Shown: piece after piece, positions 51,720 through 64,000 of the stretch
Numbering within the stretch: position 1 is the stretch's first letter
Layout of the letters: each line of letters starts with the position of its first letter
Assembly (NCBI RefSeq): GCF_006345805.1
Contig: NC_042998.1
Coordinates: 12,586,001 to 12,650,000, forward strand
Length of the DNA stretch: 64,000 nucleotides
Reading direction: 5' to 3'
Origin: Octopus sinensis
Lineage: Eukaryota
Program-made: the position numbers and the translations under genes
The notes under the pieces: generated by a model
Told to the model about the DNA's origin: nothing
The model's database searches: none
The model's input: the letters and a program-made list of their open reading frames with translations, nothing else

Positions 51720-54700
51720 CTAGTTTGTGAATCCACCTCTGATACGTGGCACTTGATCAACAAGGAGTTCGATGCTGCTGCCCGCATCCGTGTCTCCTGT
51801 CGTGAGGTAGGTTCATCTGGGACTCCCAACAAGAAGAGATCCAGTTTAGTTTTAAAGAAACCCATATCCACACCATGTAAGTCTCTCAGGCATTTAGGGA
51901 GGATGTTAAAGAGCTGTGGTCCTCTGAAACCCAAGCTGTTGCAGTATCTGGACCTGTATTTTGATGGTGATGTTGGAATCCTTGGCACCACGCAGCGGCG
52001 CCCCGTTCTGCGGTTGGAGTAACTTTGAATGCCAAAGTTTGGGACAAGACCCTCCAGGATTTTCCAGATGTATATCACTGCATATCTCTCCCGCCTCCGC
52101 TCCAGGGAGAAGAGGTTTAATACCTTCAGTCTTTCCCAGTAGCTGACATTTTGCATTGAGACGATTTTCTTTGTGTAGCTTCTCTGAGTTGCTTCGAGTT
52201 CTGCTGTTTGTTTTATATTGTGTGGTGACCAAAGTTGGGAGCAGTAGTCCAAGCGGCTGAGGACAAATGTTTTCCATAGGACCATCAGTGTCTCCTTCTC
52301 TCTTGTTCTGAAAGTTCGGAGAATCCATCCAGCTAGCCGTCTGCATTTTATCACCAGATTAGCAATATGCATTTGGAAAGATGCATCATTGCTCATGTCA
52401 ATGCCCAGGTCACGCACTGATTTTGACTCAGGGATTGCAATTCTTCCTGGGCCAGTGTATCCAGTCTTCACGTCATTTACCTTTGTGTGCCAGTAGCGCA
52501 GGGCCTGGAACTTACCTGCATTAAACTGCATGTTGTTGTCCTCAGCCCACCTGTATATTGTGTCCAGCTCATGTTGCAGATGCGCAATATTTTCAGGGTT
52601 TTGTATTGCGTGGGAGACTTTTGTGTCATCTGCATAGCTAGCAAGGGTGGTCATCGTAGCAACTGAAGGCATGTCTGAAAGGGCCACTATGAACATCAGT
52701 GGCCCCAAGACAGTGCCCTGTGGGACACCGCTTGTTATTTGCGTTTCCCTGGAGGTGGCTCCATTGCTCACAACTGCCTGTTTTCTGTCTTTTAGGAAGT
52801 TGTGCAGCCACTCTCCAAGTTTCCCGCCTATGCCGAGACCACGCAGTTTGTGACAGATCATACCATGGTCGACTTTATCAAAGGCTTTTGCAAAGTCAAG
52901 ATATATTACATCCACATTTGAGCCATTTAGTAGCTGTTTCAACACCCAGTCATAGTGTTGCAGGAGCTGTGTTAGGCAGCCTCTACCTGGTCGAAATCCA
53001 TGCTGGGTGTCAGACAGTAAGTCATTTTCTTCAAGGAACATGATTAGTTTCTTACGGACTATTCGTTCCATGACTTTGCTGATGTGTGAGGTCAGAGAGA
53101 TAGGCCTATAATTTTTAGCATCTGCTCTGCTACCTCCCTTATGGATAGGGCATATTACCCCCTCTTTCAGTTTGACTGGGAGCTTACCACTTGCAAGAAA
53201 GCTCTGAAAAAGAAGCTGTAGCGGTTTTGCAAGGGCTCGTTTGCACGATTTGAGAAGGATCGCTGGGAATCCATCAGGTCCAGCAGCTGAGTTTGTGTCA
53301 ATCTCATCAATGGCTAGTGTGATATCATCTTCTTCGATGTTGATGTACTCAATTTTTGTCTCTTTGGCCGCTGGTAAAGTGGCAAAGAATTCTTCTGGGT
53401 TGTTTACTTGCCTGTGTCCTAGAGGTGTAGTGAACACACTTTGGAACTGTTCGTTCAGTATTTCACTTATCCTCGTGGGATTTCCTGTGAGAGAGCCATC
53501 TTTTTGGAAGAGAGGTCCTATTCTCTGGTGCACTGTGGCTGTCTCTTTGGCAAACTTAAAGAAAGCTTTAGGGTTTGATTTTATATTTTCTATTACCCAA
53601 GCTTCTTTATCTGCACTCTCCTTTTCATGGGACTGATGTAGACTTTTCTCAGTTTCCATTAGCATTCTTTCGAGCCGAGACTTCTCACCACTTTTGGTGT
53701 GTGCTTGCTCAGGCGGTTTGCAATCCTTGTCCGTCGTCTCATAAGAATCCTCCTTCTCTAGGGATCCTGTTTTTGTTCTTGTGTGTGCTGGCCCTGCACA
53801 TTGGGACATATTTGTCACATATGGCTTGTATTATGGACATGAAGTGTTTGTGTTTCATGTTTATGTCCGGTGTGGAGAGACATTCAGGCCAATCCTGTTT
53901 GAGGATCTCTTTCTCAATCGACTTCCAGTTGGCTTTATGAAAGTTTAAGTTGGAGAGATGGTGGGTGCTTCGTATAGGCTGTGTGTCTTCGGGGTCTTTT
54001 GTTCCATACATAGACAGCTCTATTATGTTGTGATCCGAGATCATTGTCGGCATCACATTAACATTATGGATAATATCCATATTGTTTGTGAAGCAGAGAT
54101 CCAGTATATTATCTGCCCTTGTTGGTTGCAGAACTATTTGCTCCATGAAAGAGGCATTTGTGAGATGGAGCAGGGACTCCACCTGTGCCTGCTGATGGTG
54201 TGTCATCCCTGGGAGCATCTGCCCCCCAGGCCATTCCACATTGGGGAGGTTAAAGTCACCCATGAAGAATACACTGTTGTGCTGTTCAAGGTTGGTGAGG
54301 ACTTCTCCTATTTTTGTTAGGCAGTCTTCAAACATGCCTGAGTGTTTTGGGGCATCTGGTGGGCGATATGTAGTGCATATGACGATATTCAGTTGTCTTA
54401 TGTGTACAATTTGAGTTTCACATACTGAGTTTGAATATGACAGCAGGACCTGGGGCGTGAGGTCATCTCGGATGTACATTGCAACTCCACCATGGCTCCT
54501 CCCTTTTCTATCTGTGCGTATGACTGCATATTGCGGCATGTGTATTTCTGCATCACCTATATCGGGTTCAAGATGCGTTTCTGTGAGTGCCATGCATATA
54601 GCTTGATTGCATGTCACAAGGTCTCTCAGGAATGAAATTTTCTTTTTACAGTTTCCGCGCAGCAGCCCTCCTACATTCAGTAGAAATATTTTTGTGGTGT

Positions 54701-54737
54701 GTGTGTTGGTGTTGGTGTTGGTGTCTGTGGTGGCCAT
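51720..54737 (-). pseudogene. LINE ORF2 (APE endonuclease plus RT), frameshifts near 53760, 53690 and 51760
   Basis: IFLLNVGGL, ALTETHL, YRPP, GDFNLP, DNILDLCF, SDHN; then YRPISLTS, QHGFRPGR, YLDFAKAFDKV, SGVPQGTVLGP, YADDTK. Confidence 0.92.
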
Positions 54738-55589
54738 CCTGCATCTGTTGGAGGTGGCCTTATGTGGTGGTAGTTCCAGCTTTGTGCTTGTAGCCAGGTC
54801 AGCTGCTGAACAATTTTTTGTGCCATGCACAAAAAAGACTGCTGTTCAGCTGCCGCCCTTCTCACATCTGGGTGAAGCTGGCCACCTGTTGGGTTTCCGC
54901 GCACCACATCTGCATACCGTCTTTCAGTAGTGGTCAGTGCGCTTTTTTCCCTTCTTTTAACTTTTTTTTTGTTTTTGTTTTTTTTCTCCCTGAGGGAGGG
55001 ACCTCTGTCTCGCGTCCGTGCGGTTTTGGTAGGGCCTCCGATGTGCAAAGCGACAGTTTGCACCTTCAACGCCGTACCAGCAGTCCCCCCTCAGGTAGAA
55101 TTTGCAGGTGTTTCTTTCCCTGCCCTTACAGTTTTTGCTGGGGTCCCTCTGCTTTCTCTGGACAGGGCTTCCTTTAGCCTTGATTCTGTCACCCTTTACC
55201 TCCTGCTTCCCATCAATTCCAGGGTGCCTTTCCTTTCTTGCGGCCATCGCACCTCTTTGGTCTTCAGTTGTGGTGTTGGAAGCTGGACATGTGTCATCGT
55301 TTCCCTGTGTTCCAGGCTTCTCCATTTGGCTCTGGATGCTTTCCCCATCCTTTTGGCCCTCCCTGCTGCCGTCACCTCCCAGGATGATGTCCAGGGTGTC
55401 CACATGTTGCCTGATTAGAGCGTACGAACGGATAACTTCTCTCTTCTTTCGCTCTATCTGGGCGGTGGTTCTCGAAAAATTGTTGCTTTTCAGCGCCGCA
55501 GCAATAATGTCGTTCGGCGAGTCGTCCTCAGCGATCCTCCAAGCGCGGACGAACAATTGCACCTCTCTCGCAGACCAGTTTCTTGCCAT
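54677..55589 (-). pseudogene. LINE ORF1: Myb/SANT-like N-terminus plus CCCH zinc finger; frameshift in an A-run near 54970
   Basis: NWSAREVQLFVRAW...IIAAALKSNNFSRTTAQIERKKREVIRSY and CKFYLRGDCWYGVEGANCRFAH; continues in a second frame (RYADVV) to a stop overlapping the ORF2 start. Confidence 0.75.
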
Positions 55590-55609
55590 TTTCTTCTAGT
55601 GAAATATAG

Positions 55610-56400
55610 GAACAGAGAGAGATAGAGAAGGAGAGATAAGATGGAGAGGGAGAAGAGAAAGGAGAAAAGCCAGGGGGGATAGAGAGAGACGAGGGGATTG
55701 TCCTGAGAGAAGAGAGAAAGAGAGAAAATAAGAGGGAAAAAAGAGAAAGGTGAAAGAATGGCAGGTCAGCAGGGGGAGAGTGAGCGGGATAGAGGTGTAG
55801 TAGAAAGGGACAGGGTGGAAAAGTGAGACAAGAGGGTGGACCCTAGGGGGAGCAGGGAGAAGAAAGGCGGAGAGATAAAATGGAGAGGAAGAGAGAGATG
55901 AAATGGAGAGGGAGAGAGAGAGGGCAGGATAGAGGTACTAGGGAGTGAAGTAAAGGGACAGAGAGGGTGGTGTGGAGGAAGGAGACAGAGAGAGGAAAAA
56001 AGAGAGGGGGGGTGGTGAGCCTTAGAGGGAACAGGGAGAGGAAAGGTAGGAAGAAAAAGGGGGAAGAGGAAGAGAGGGGGCGCAACAGAATGTAGTAAAG
56101 GGACAGGGAGGGTGGTGTAGAGAAAGAAATAAGGGGACAGAAGGGGAAGAGAAAAGGGGTTTGACCTGTGAAGGAGCGGAGAGGAAAGAGGCAGAGAGAG
56201 GGAGGGGGAGTAACAGAGAGAGAGAATGAGTGAAGTTGAGGAACTGAGAGAGGGGGTGAGGTGAGAGAAAGTTGATCTGAGAGAGATGCAGAAAGAGAAA
56301 CGATTGCAGAGGGAGAGAGAGGGAGGAGGGGAGAGTGAGAGCGGAAATAGAGGGTCTGGTGGATGGGGAGACAGATAAGGTATAAACTGTATGAGAGAGA
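55610..56400. repeat. GA-rich polypurine tract upstream of ORF1
   Basis: Directly visible strand asymmetry over about 800 nt. Confidence 0.85.
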
Positions 56401-56705
56401 TAGAAATAGAATGTAAAGAAAGAGAGGGAGAGATTATAAAGATAGAATAGCGCGTATTTTTATATCTTTTTAATTATTATTTTCTGTTTGAAAGAACACT
56501 AATGATAACAAATAATAAAAATGTATGAGAGAGATAGAAATAGAAATGTAAGAAAGAGAAGTAGAGAGTGTGTGGCAGGTACGGGGGACGAAATTATAAA
56601 GATTATAAAGATAGAATACCGCGTATTTTTATATTTTTATATCTTTTTTTTTTTTTTAAATTATTTTCTGTTTGAAAGAGCACTAATGATAACAAAATAA
56701 ATAAT
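56385..56705. repeat. Diverged two-unit tandem duplication (about 135 and 185 nt)
   Basis: TGTATGAGAGAGATAGAAATAGAA...TTTCTGTTTGAAAGA(A/G)CACTAATGATAACAAA occurs twice. Confidence 0.8.
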
Positions 56706-57245
56706 ATCTTCCTTACCTGGCTGAGAGAGTACTTACGTGATTCCTTTTTATAAGAAAGGAAGATAGATAGACAAGACAGACCTTTTATATTCCCCAAGCG
56801 CACTTTGTAAACACAAGGGATTTGAGTTTCGATTTAGCACATGCAACAGTTTGACGATACTTTCTGTATTTTCCTAAGCAATTTGGTATTAAGCAGCAAA
56901 TTTTTCAGAGGCTTTTTTCAGAACACGCAGATATACATCAAAAACGAAAATATCCTTCTCAAAAATACTGTGTCTTGTTGATTCACAGACGAAGAATAAA
57001 ATTCACTTCGATTTCGGGAAGTAACACACGTGCGTTTTAACACGTGTATTCGCGAGTATGTTCTAGTTGCAAATACGATATCAAAAGCGAAAATATTCTT
57101 TTCAAATACAGTGACTTGTTGTACTATCACTTATATTCGCTTTGCAGACAATTTCGCTTCTGATAACATCGATCTCTGGAAGGACTTCTTTAATATTTAG
57201 GACAGACACGTTAACACACTTGTGTTAGTTCAGCGCCATCTTGAC

Positions 57246-57294
<49 letters not shown>

Positions 57295-57307
57295 TATATA
57301 TACATAT

Positions 57308-57371
<64 letters not shown>

Positions 57372-57375
<4 letters not shown>

Positions 57376-59545
57376 ATAAAACGGTAAGATAACAAAAGAG
57401 AGAAAGAGACCTCAATATTATGTAAATAGAGGAAATTTATCTATACAATATGTTACATTACTCGGTAGTCAAGATAAAACTCTGAGTTTCAGATGCCGAA
57501 GTGGAAATCCACAACACCATCTCTTCGGTTATCTGGCTATTTGAAAACGTTATGAAAAAATACCGTTAAAAATGAAGGGAAATTACTCTGTTATAACTCT
57601 GCTTGCCTGCGTACTTATACATCGCTCGCATTTTTCGTCATAAAAATTATATAAAAATACATCAAAATATATAAAAATATATAAAAATATAAAATCTTCT
57701 TGGGACATAACACAGAAAGCATGTTCTATCCGTTTTCTTTAGGGGACCAAAAACGTAACAGAAATTTAGTCACATGTGGGCATAATCCGAAAAGCTCTGT
57801 CCTTGTATTTAGACATGTGGTAGGGTCTAATCTGCTTTTCCAGATAAGCCATCTCTCCATGTCGCATAAACCGCACCTTCCGCTGCCGTTAGTGTAGGGC
57901 TTACATCTGGCCAAAATCTTCCATTGTATGTTATAATCGACACCTTTATCTCTTAAAGACCAAATATGATTGGATAATTGTGTCGCTTTTCTTTTGTTCC
58001 AGTGCCTAAAGCTCAAAGTGTGGTTATTGAACCTGGCCTTGAAATTACCCTCTGTCAGGCCCACGTATTTCTTCGTCGAAACGGTGTCTTTAGTGGTTAT
58101 AGAGTTTACGGTAGCTTCATATATGATGGTCTTGGACATGCAAGCTCCATTTAGCGGGCACAATTCTTTATTCCTGCATGAACAGCTGTTTTCTTCTTGT
58201 GTTTTTTGTATGTTATGATTGATTATGTTTTTAAAATTGGTAGTTGAACTAAAACTAATTTTTAAATTGTGTCTATTGAAGAGTTTCCTATAAGCATGGT
58301 TAACTGGAAAATGTCTATCTATCAGTGCTAGGAAATATTTACCTATATTGAAGGCCACCTCGGGTGAGTAAGGGGGCGTAAACCAGATGACCTTCCTATT
58401 TCTATTATTCCTTTTCCTTACTGTGGGCTGGTGATAGGTGTATATTTTATTTTTTCGCTAAAACCACTATCTTTTAAAGCATTATTATAAACTGGGGCAA
58501 CGCTATTGAAGATGTCCTCATTAGATGAGAGGCTAGAAATCCTCTTACTAATATTTTTAACTAAATTTTTGAATACTATAGGGGGATGGCATGAACCTAC
58601 ATTAATATAACTTAGTCTATCATTGGGCTTCCTATAAGGCGTATAAATATTATTATTAAGATCTAAGGAAACGTCTAAGAAATTGACAACCGTCAGGTTA
58701 GTGTCTATAGTTATACTAAGTCCGAAGTGTTTCATTAACTGGATAATATCCTTCCTAAAACGATCTTGTGCTGGTCCATTTGTATTAGCTGTTAAGGCGA
58801 GGGCATCATCTTTGTAGATGGCGAAATGTACGCTAGGGAATGTCTTACCGAAGGTATCTAGGAGAAAGAGTCCAATTAGATCACAGATGCCTGCCCCATC
58901 ATATGAACCCATGCTTACATCGAAAGCGCCCTCCGTGTCGGTGTTTTTTACCCACTTTGCATTCTCACTGAAAAGTAATGTCTTTCTAGCATGGAAGATT
59001 ATATCCTTATCATTGGTACTAATTTCTATGAAGTCACTAGCGAAGATTAGGGCTTTATCTAGCAGTTCTTTAGAGATAGAGGCATAAAAATCAACAATAT
59101 CGAATTGTGTAAACCTCGCTTTTTCTTAATAGCTTTAAACCAGTCTACGACTTCTATACTATTGGACCATTGCACTAGCCTAGTATCGGTCTTAATTTTC
59201 GTATTTATTTTATCTAATATTTCTTTGCTAATAATCCCTAGTTCTGACTTGGCTGGGTTGATAAGCCTACATTTAGGGTTGGAAAGGAAGTTTTCTTTGT
59301 GATCTTTAATAGTAATAAAGGCCTCTTTTTGGGGGAGGGTTTCTATTTTTTTATCTAATTTAAGTTTAGCGGCGATGACGCTAGCTTCTTTATTAATTTC
59401 GTTATATGTCTGTGCCCTAGCCTTAGTATAATTATTAGTAATGCTGTTGTGTAAGAGTTGTGTGTATTTGCTGTTATCTACCAGGTATAAGTTCTTGGTT
59501 TTATCCGAAAAAAGTGCTTTTTTCTTGGAGCTTTTTATATGATCA
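57372..59545 (-). mobile_element. 5'-truncated Penelope-like element (RT plus C-terminal GIY-YIG, CxC linker), frameshifted
   Basis: KEAFITIKDHKENF, QFDIVDFY, MGSYDGA, IYKDDAL, NFLDVSLD, CSCRNKELCPLNGAC, IIYEATV..KYVGLT. Affinity to the Hydra PLE clade is inferred. Confidence 0.9.
57472..57534 (-). ncRNA. Type I hammerhead-like motif (U4C core variant)
   Basis: Mirror copy of 60759-60821. Confidence 0.65.
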
Positions 59546-59565
59546 ATATCTTTATATGATCAATA

Positions 59566-60850
59566 TCGGACTTAGTATAACTATAGACACTAATCTGACG
59601 GTTGTCAATTTCTTAGACGTTTCCTTAGATCATAATAATAATATTTATAAGCCTTATAGGAAGCCCAATGATAGACTAAGTTATATTAATGTAGGTTCAG
59701 GCCATCCCCCTATAGTATTCAAAAATTTAGTTAAAAATATTAGTAAGAGGATTTCTAGCCTCTCATCTAATGAGGACATCTTCAATAGCGTTGCCCCAGT
59801 TTATAATAATGCTTTAAAAGATAGTGGTTTTAGCGAAAAAATAAAATATACACCTATCACCAGCCCAACAGTAAGGAAAAGGAATAATAGAAATAGGAAG
59901 GTCATCTGGTTTACGCCCCCTTACTCACCCGAGGTGGCCTTCAATATAGGTAAATATTTCCTAGCACTGATAGATAGACATTTTCCAGTTAACCATGCTT
60001 ATAGGAAACTCTTCAATAGACACAATTTAAAAATTAGTTTTAGTTCAACTACCAATTTTAAAAACATAATCAATCATAACATACAAAAAACACAAGAAGA
60101 AAACAGCTGTTCATGCAGGAATAAAGAATTGTGCCCGCTAAATGGAGCTTGCATGTCCAAGACCATCATATATGAAGCTACCGTAAACTCTATAACCACT
60201 AAAGACACCGTTTCGACGAAGAAATACGTGGGCCTGACAGAGGGTAATTTCAAGGCCAGGTTCAATAACCACACTTTGAGCTTTAGGCACTGGAACAAAA
60301 GAAAAGCGACACAATTATCCAATCATATTTGGTCTTTAAGAGATAAAGGTGTCGATTATAACATACAATGGAAGATTTTGGCCAGATGTAAGCCCTACAC
60401 TAACGGCAGCGGAAGGTGCGGTTTATGCGACATGGAGAGATGGCTTATCTGGAAAAGCAGATTAGACCCTACCACATGTCTAAATACAAGGACAGAGCTT
60501 TTCGGATCATGCCCACATGTGACTAAATTTCTGTTACGTTTTTGGTCCCCTAAAGAAAACGGATAGAACATGCTTTCTGTGTTATGTCCCAAGAAGATTT
60601 TATATTTTTATATATTTTTATATATTTTGATGTATTTTTATATAATTTTTATGACGAAAAATGCGAGCGATGTATAAGTACGCAGGCAAAGCAGAGTTAT
60701 AACAGAGTAATTTCCCTTCATTTTTAACGGTATTTTTTCATAACGTTTTCAAATAGCCAGATAACCGAAGAGATGGTGTTGTGGATTTCCACTTCGGCAT
60801 CTGAAACTCAGAGTTTTATCTTGACTACCGAGTAATGTAACATATTGTAT
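59566..60850 (+). mobile_element. Inverted, nearly identical 3' copy of the same PLE (RT thumb plus GIY-YIG, open frame to 60566)
   Basis: Reverse complement of about 57443-58724 with only a few differences; ends at (TA)n. Confidence 0.92.
60759..60821 (+). ncRNA. Type I hammerhead-like motif (U4C core variant)
   Basis: AGATAA-CCGAAGA-GATG..GTGG ATTT CCAC..CATC-T-GAAA-CTC A GAG-TT-TTATCT; perfect 6-bp stem I. Confidence 0.65.
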
Positions 60851-60855
60851 ATATA

Positions 60856-60922
<67 letters not shown>

Positions 60923-61054
60923 TGTATATATATGTGTGTGTGTGTGTGTTGTGTGTATGTGTGTAGTTGAAATTTATAGAAAACAAAAGACTAAAAAAAA
61001 GGTGAATGAACAACAAGCAAATGTATTTGTCGCTGAAAGAAAAATGAAAAAGTA

Positions 61055-61089
61055 TTTTACGTTTCGAGCCTATGCTGTTCAACACAAAA
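61055..61089 (-). ncRNA. Degenerate minimal hammerhead-like motif, same short-element family as 48378-48557 (element about 60965-61170)
   Basis: TTTT-GTGTTGA-A-CAGC ATAG GCTC-GAAACGTA-AAA. Confidence 0.45.
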
Positions 61090-61270
61090 GAATAAGGGAA
61101 AATAATCGGAGAGAGAGAGAGGGGGGGGGAGAGAGAAGGAAAAAATCTTGCACATTTCAGCAGTCAAACGTACACATATTTTATATTATATGTATGCATG
61201 TATACAATAATTATCTAAAATAGCAGTGTGTATCATTTATAGATACAAAAATATATATGTACATGTATAC

Positions 61271-61303
<33 letters not shown>

Positions 61304-62472
61304 GCATACATATAGGGTGTCACTCTCAGTGTCTCGCTTCCTCTCTATCTCTCCCGCTCTCTTTCTCTCTCTTTCTTCTATCTTTCAAATATATACACAT
61401 ATATATTATACATGCTTGAATATTTTCCTTGTCCTGTCGAACTCTTGAAAAAAACTCTTCCGCGCATTTTGCATATTAATTCTTGTAATATCAATGAATT
61501 TAACCTTAGTTACAAATAAATCAAACCTTGCTCAAACTAAAATTCGTACCTGGAAATCTATTTGAATGTGAAGAATAGAAATATGTAATGAAAAATAAGT
61601 AAATGAAAGTGGAACCTATTTTCAAAAATATGTGTGTTCTGTTAAAGTTCAGAATGTTAGTGATACATATTAGGAAATACAATATTTTTTCCTTCGCTTT
61701 CTCTATAAACTCATCACTTTTTTCTTCAGTAATCTATGACAATTTCGTAAATATATTGTTTTGAGGTCACTTTACACCCTTACATTTGTACCATTCAAAT
61801 ATCACTGTACTTAACTTTGAGTCTTGTTTCCCCAATTTTGCTATGTATATACACAAACATCAATTATTCCTAAATACCTACATACATGTATCTCCCACCA
61901 CCACTCATGCATACACAGGGAAACTACCTGACATACATACAGGCGATAGCGTTATGTGTGCTGTATTCGTATTTCCAAATGTAAATTTGTTTTGTCATAC
62001 ATTTTGCTTCTCTGATGCTAGAGAAAGCGGCAAAAATGTTGATTAACGGACAATATCACGAATATATCACCATATTCACCATAATTCCAAAATTTAAGAA
62101 TTCGGAAGATCATATTGAGAATACTATATTCGGAATATATAGCATAGTCTCGTTCTTGTAATCAACATAGTAGATACATGTATGCCATTAGTGCATATTA
62201 GACCTACTGTTAAATTTCAATTTACGTTATGAATCTTTATAAAACCGTGTATATCACGCACATACATCGCAGTCTTTCATCGAGATTGCCTTTTCTATAA
62301 ATCATATGTGGCACATACATCAATTAAAAGTATATTTTGTATTGTCTTTTTAAAATTTATTTTTCTTGCTTCTTTTGTACACCTGTCTGCTTATTAGCCA
62401 ACCTACGCATCGAATGCATATACTTTTAGACAGAAAATCTTTCTTTCTTTCTGCTCGTCTATCAGTCGGTTC

Positions 62473-62509
<37 letters not shown>

Positions 62510-62589
62510 GTTAGCTAGCTATCTACACATTTATCTAACTGTTCATTGCTTAAAATATCTCTCTCGTTCCCCTCATACACACACGCATA

Positions 62590-62628
<39 letters not shown>

Positions 62629-62763
62629 TATTATATATATATATATAATATATATACATACAGACATACACACACACACACATATATATATATGTCTGTA
62701 TGTGTATGTCTGTATTCATATATTTATGTATATATGCATATGCGTATAGATATATATGTATAT

Positions 62764-62796
<33 letters not shown>

Positions 62797-62812
62797 TATA
62801 TACATATATATA

Positions 62813-64000
62813 CGAGGGGCGTTCTATAAGTAATGCCCCTGACCCACTTCCCACAGCAGTAGAGCAACGAAACTTGGCACAGTTATTAGTCTTTTTCTAC
62901 ATAGGAATCACCCAGAGTTACGCATTTCTCCCATTGCTTGATGCAGCTCTGGAGATCATTTTTGTAGAAGACTTCAGCTTGGTCCTCCAACCACGACGTG
63001 ACTTCAGAAATCAAGGCTGCATCATCTGGGAAAGGCTTTCCTTTCCAAAACAAATTCATGACTGGGAAGAGGTGAAAATCAGAGGGTGCAAGGTCAGGAA
63101 AGTAGGAGGATGGGGGAGGAGTTCATAGCCATACGCCTGTGCTTCTGATCTGGCGACAAGCGAGTTGTGGACCGGAGCGTTGTCCTGCAGAAGGAGGATG
63201 CCTTTGCTGATCTTGCCCCGCCTCTTGATTTTGATAACTTCTCTTAATTTCCTCAGAAGTAAAGCATAATAGGCTCCTGCAATTGTGGTACACTTTGCCA
63301 GGAAATCTGTCATCACTACTCCGTCCTGTTCCCAGAAGACTGTGAGCATGACCTTGCCAGCAGAGGGCTGCACCCTTGCCTTCTTTGGAGGGGTTGAGTC
63401 ACTGTGCTTCCACTGCATTGACTGGCTTTGGTCTCTGGATCATCGTGATGGACCCAGGTTTCATCCTGTGTAATCAGTCTTTTGAAAACCTTTGACTCAT
63501 CTTCTTGGCACATCTCCAAATTCACCCTCGAGCACTCGACGCGTTCTTGCTTCTGGAAAGGCGTGAGCAACCTGGGAATCCCTCTGGCAGACACCCTTTG
63601 CATATGCAAATGGTCATGAATGATGGTTTCCACAGATCCGGTACTAAACTTGACCTCATGGGCTATTTGGCGAATAATTATGCGTCGATTTTCCAAAATG
63701 GCAGCCTCAACTTGACAGACAGATGCCTCATCAATGGCAGAAGGGGCGACCAGATCTGGGAGCTGTTTCCACAGAGCTCCGACCATGTTTGAATTCACGA
63801 TGCCAGCGTTTTACAAGGTCATATGATGGGGCATCATCACCATAAGTTACTTTCATTTCATCAAAAGTCTCCCGTGGTGTGCGTCCTTTCAAATACAAAA
63901 ACCGGATCACTGCTCGGCACTCAATAGGCTCCATTTCACACTTGACTCAGTTCAAACGCCTGTAAATAAGAAACCCCAATTAATTCAGAGCTGTAATTTG
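62813..64000 (-). mobile_element. Mariner transposon, frameshifted transposase about 62886-63934, other end outside the window
   Basis: TA plus CGAGGGGCGTTC TIR start; [51 protein letters not shown]. Confidence 0.9.

Larger units (their letters stand above)
51644..55620 (-). mobile_element. Near full-length CR1/L2-group LINE
   Basis: ORF1, APE endonuclease, RT and a 3' stem-loop followed by (AAGGATTT)2 and (TA)n. The 5' end is not defined. Confidence 0.92.

Noticed and set aside
51659-53818. The 719-aa ORF as an intact standalone gene
   Set aside because: The first approximately 45 and last approximately 30 residues are out-of-frame extensions of a frameshifted LINE ORF2.
57372-60850. Naiad/Chlamys-type PLE with permuted domains or selenocysteine
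   Set aside because: The endonuclease is C-terminal to RT and no conserved in-frame TGA was seen.

Overview
Eukaryotic, AT-rich, microsatellite-saturated repeat DNA with no confidently identifiable intact host gene. The SINE families and composition point to a cephalopod (Octopus-like) genome, which is inference only. Most short ORFs in the supplied track are (TA)n/(CA)n/(TATG)n artefacts. The real coding content is transposon-derived: a near-complete CR1/L2-group LINE (51.6-55.6 kb, minus) whose ORF1 has a Myb/SANT-like domain plus a CCCH finger; two Penelope-like elements (a Neptune-like copy at 31.2-33.8 kb and a very young 1.3-kb inverted pair at 57.4-60.85 kb); four mariner remnants; R4/Dong-type and RTE LINE fragments; a small Helitron; a possible solo LTR; and three tRNA-derived SINE families. 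Reading at RNA-structure scale shows eight type I hammerhead-ribozyme-like motifs at element termini beside (TA)n, several with unusual catalytic cores (U3:A8 swap, U4C, A6U). It also shows a covarying 3' stem-loop shared by the LINE and one SINE family. All calls are by eye; no alignments, folding or database searches were run, and element boundaries are approximate unless a TSD or TIR is cited.
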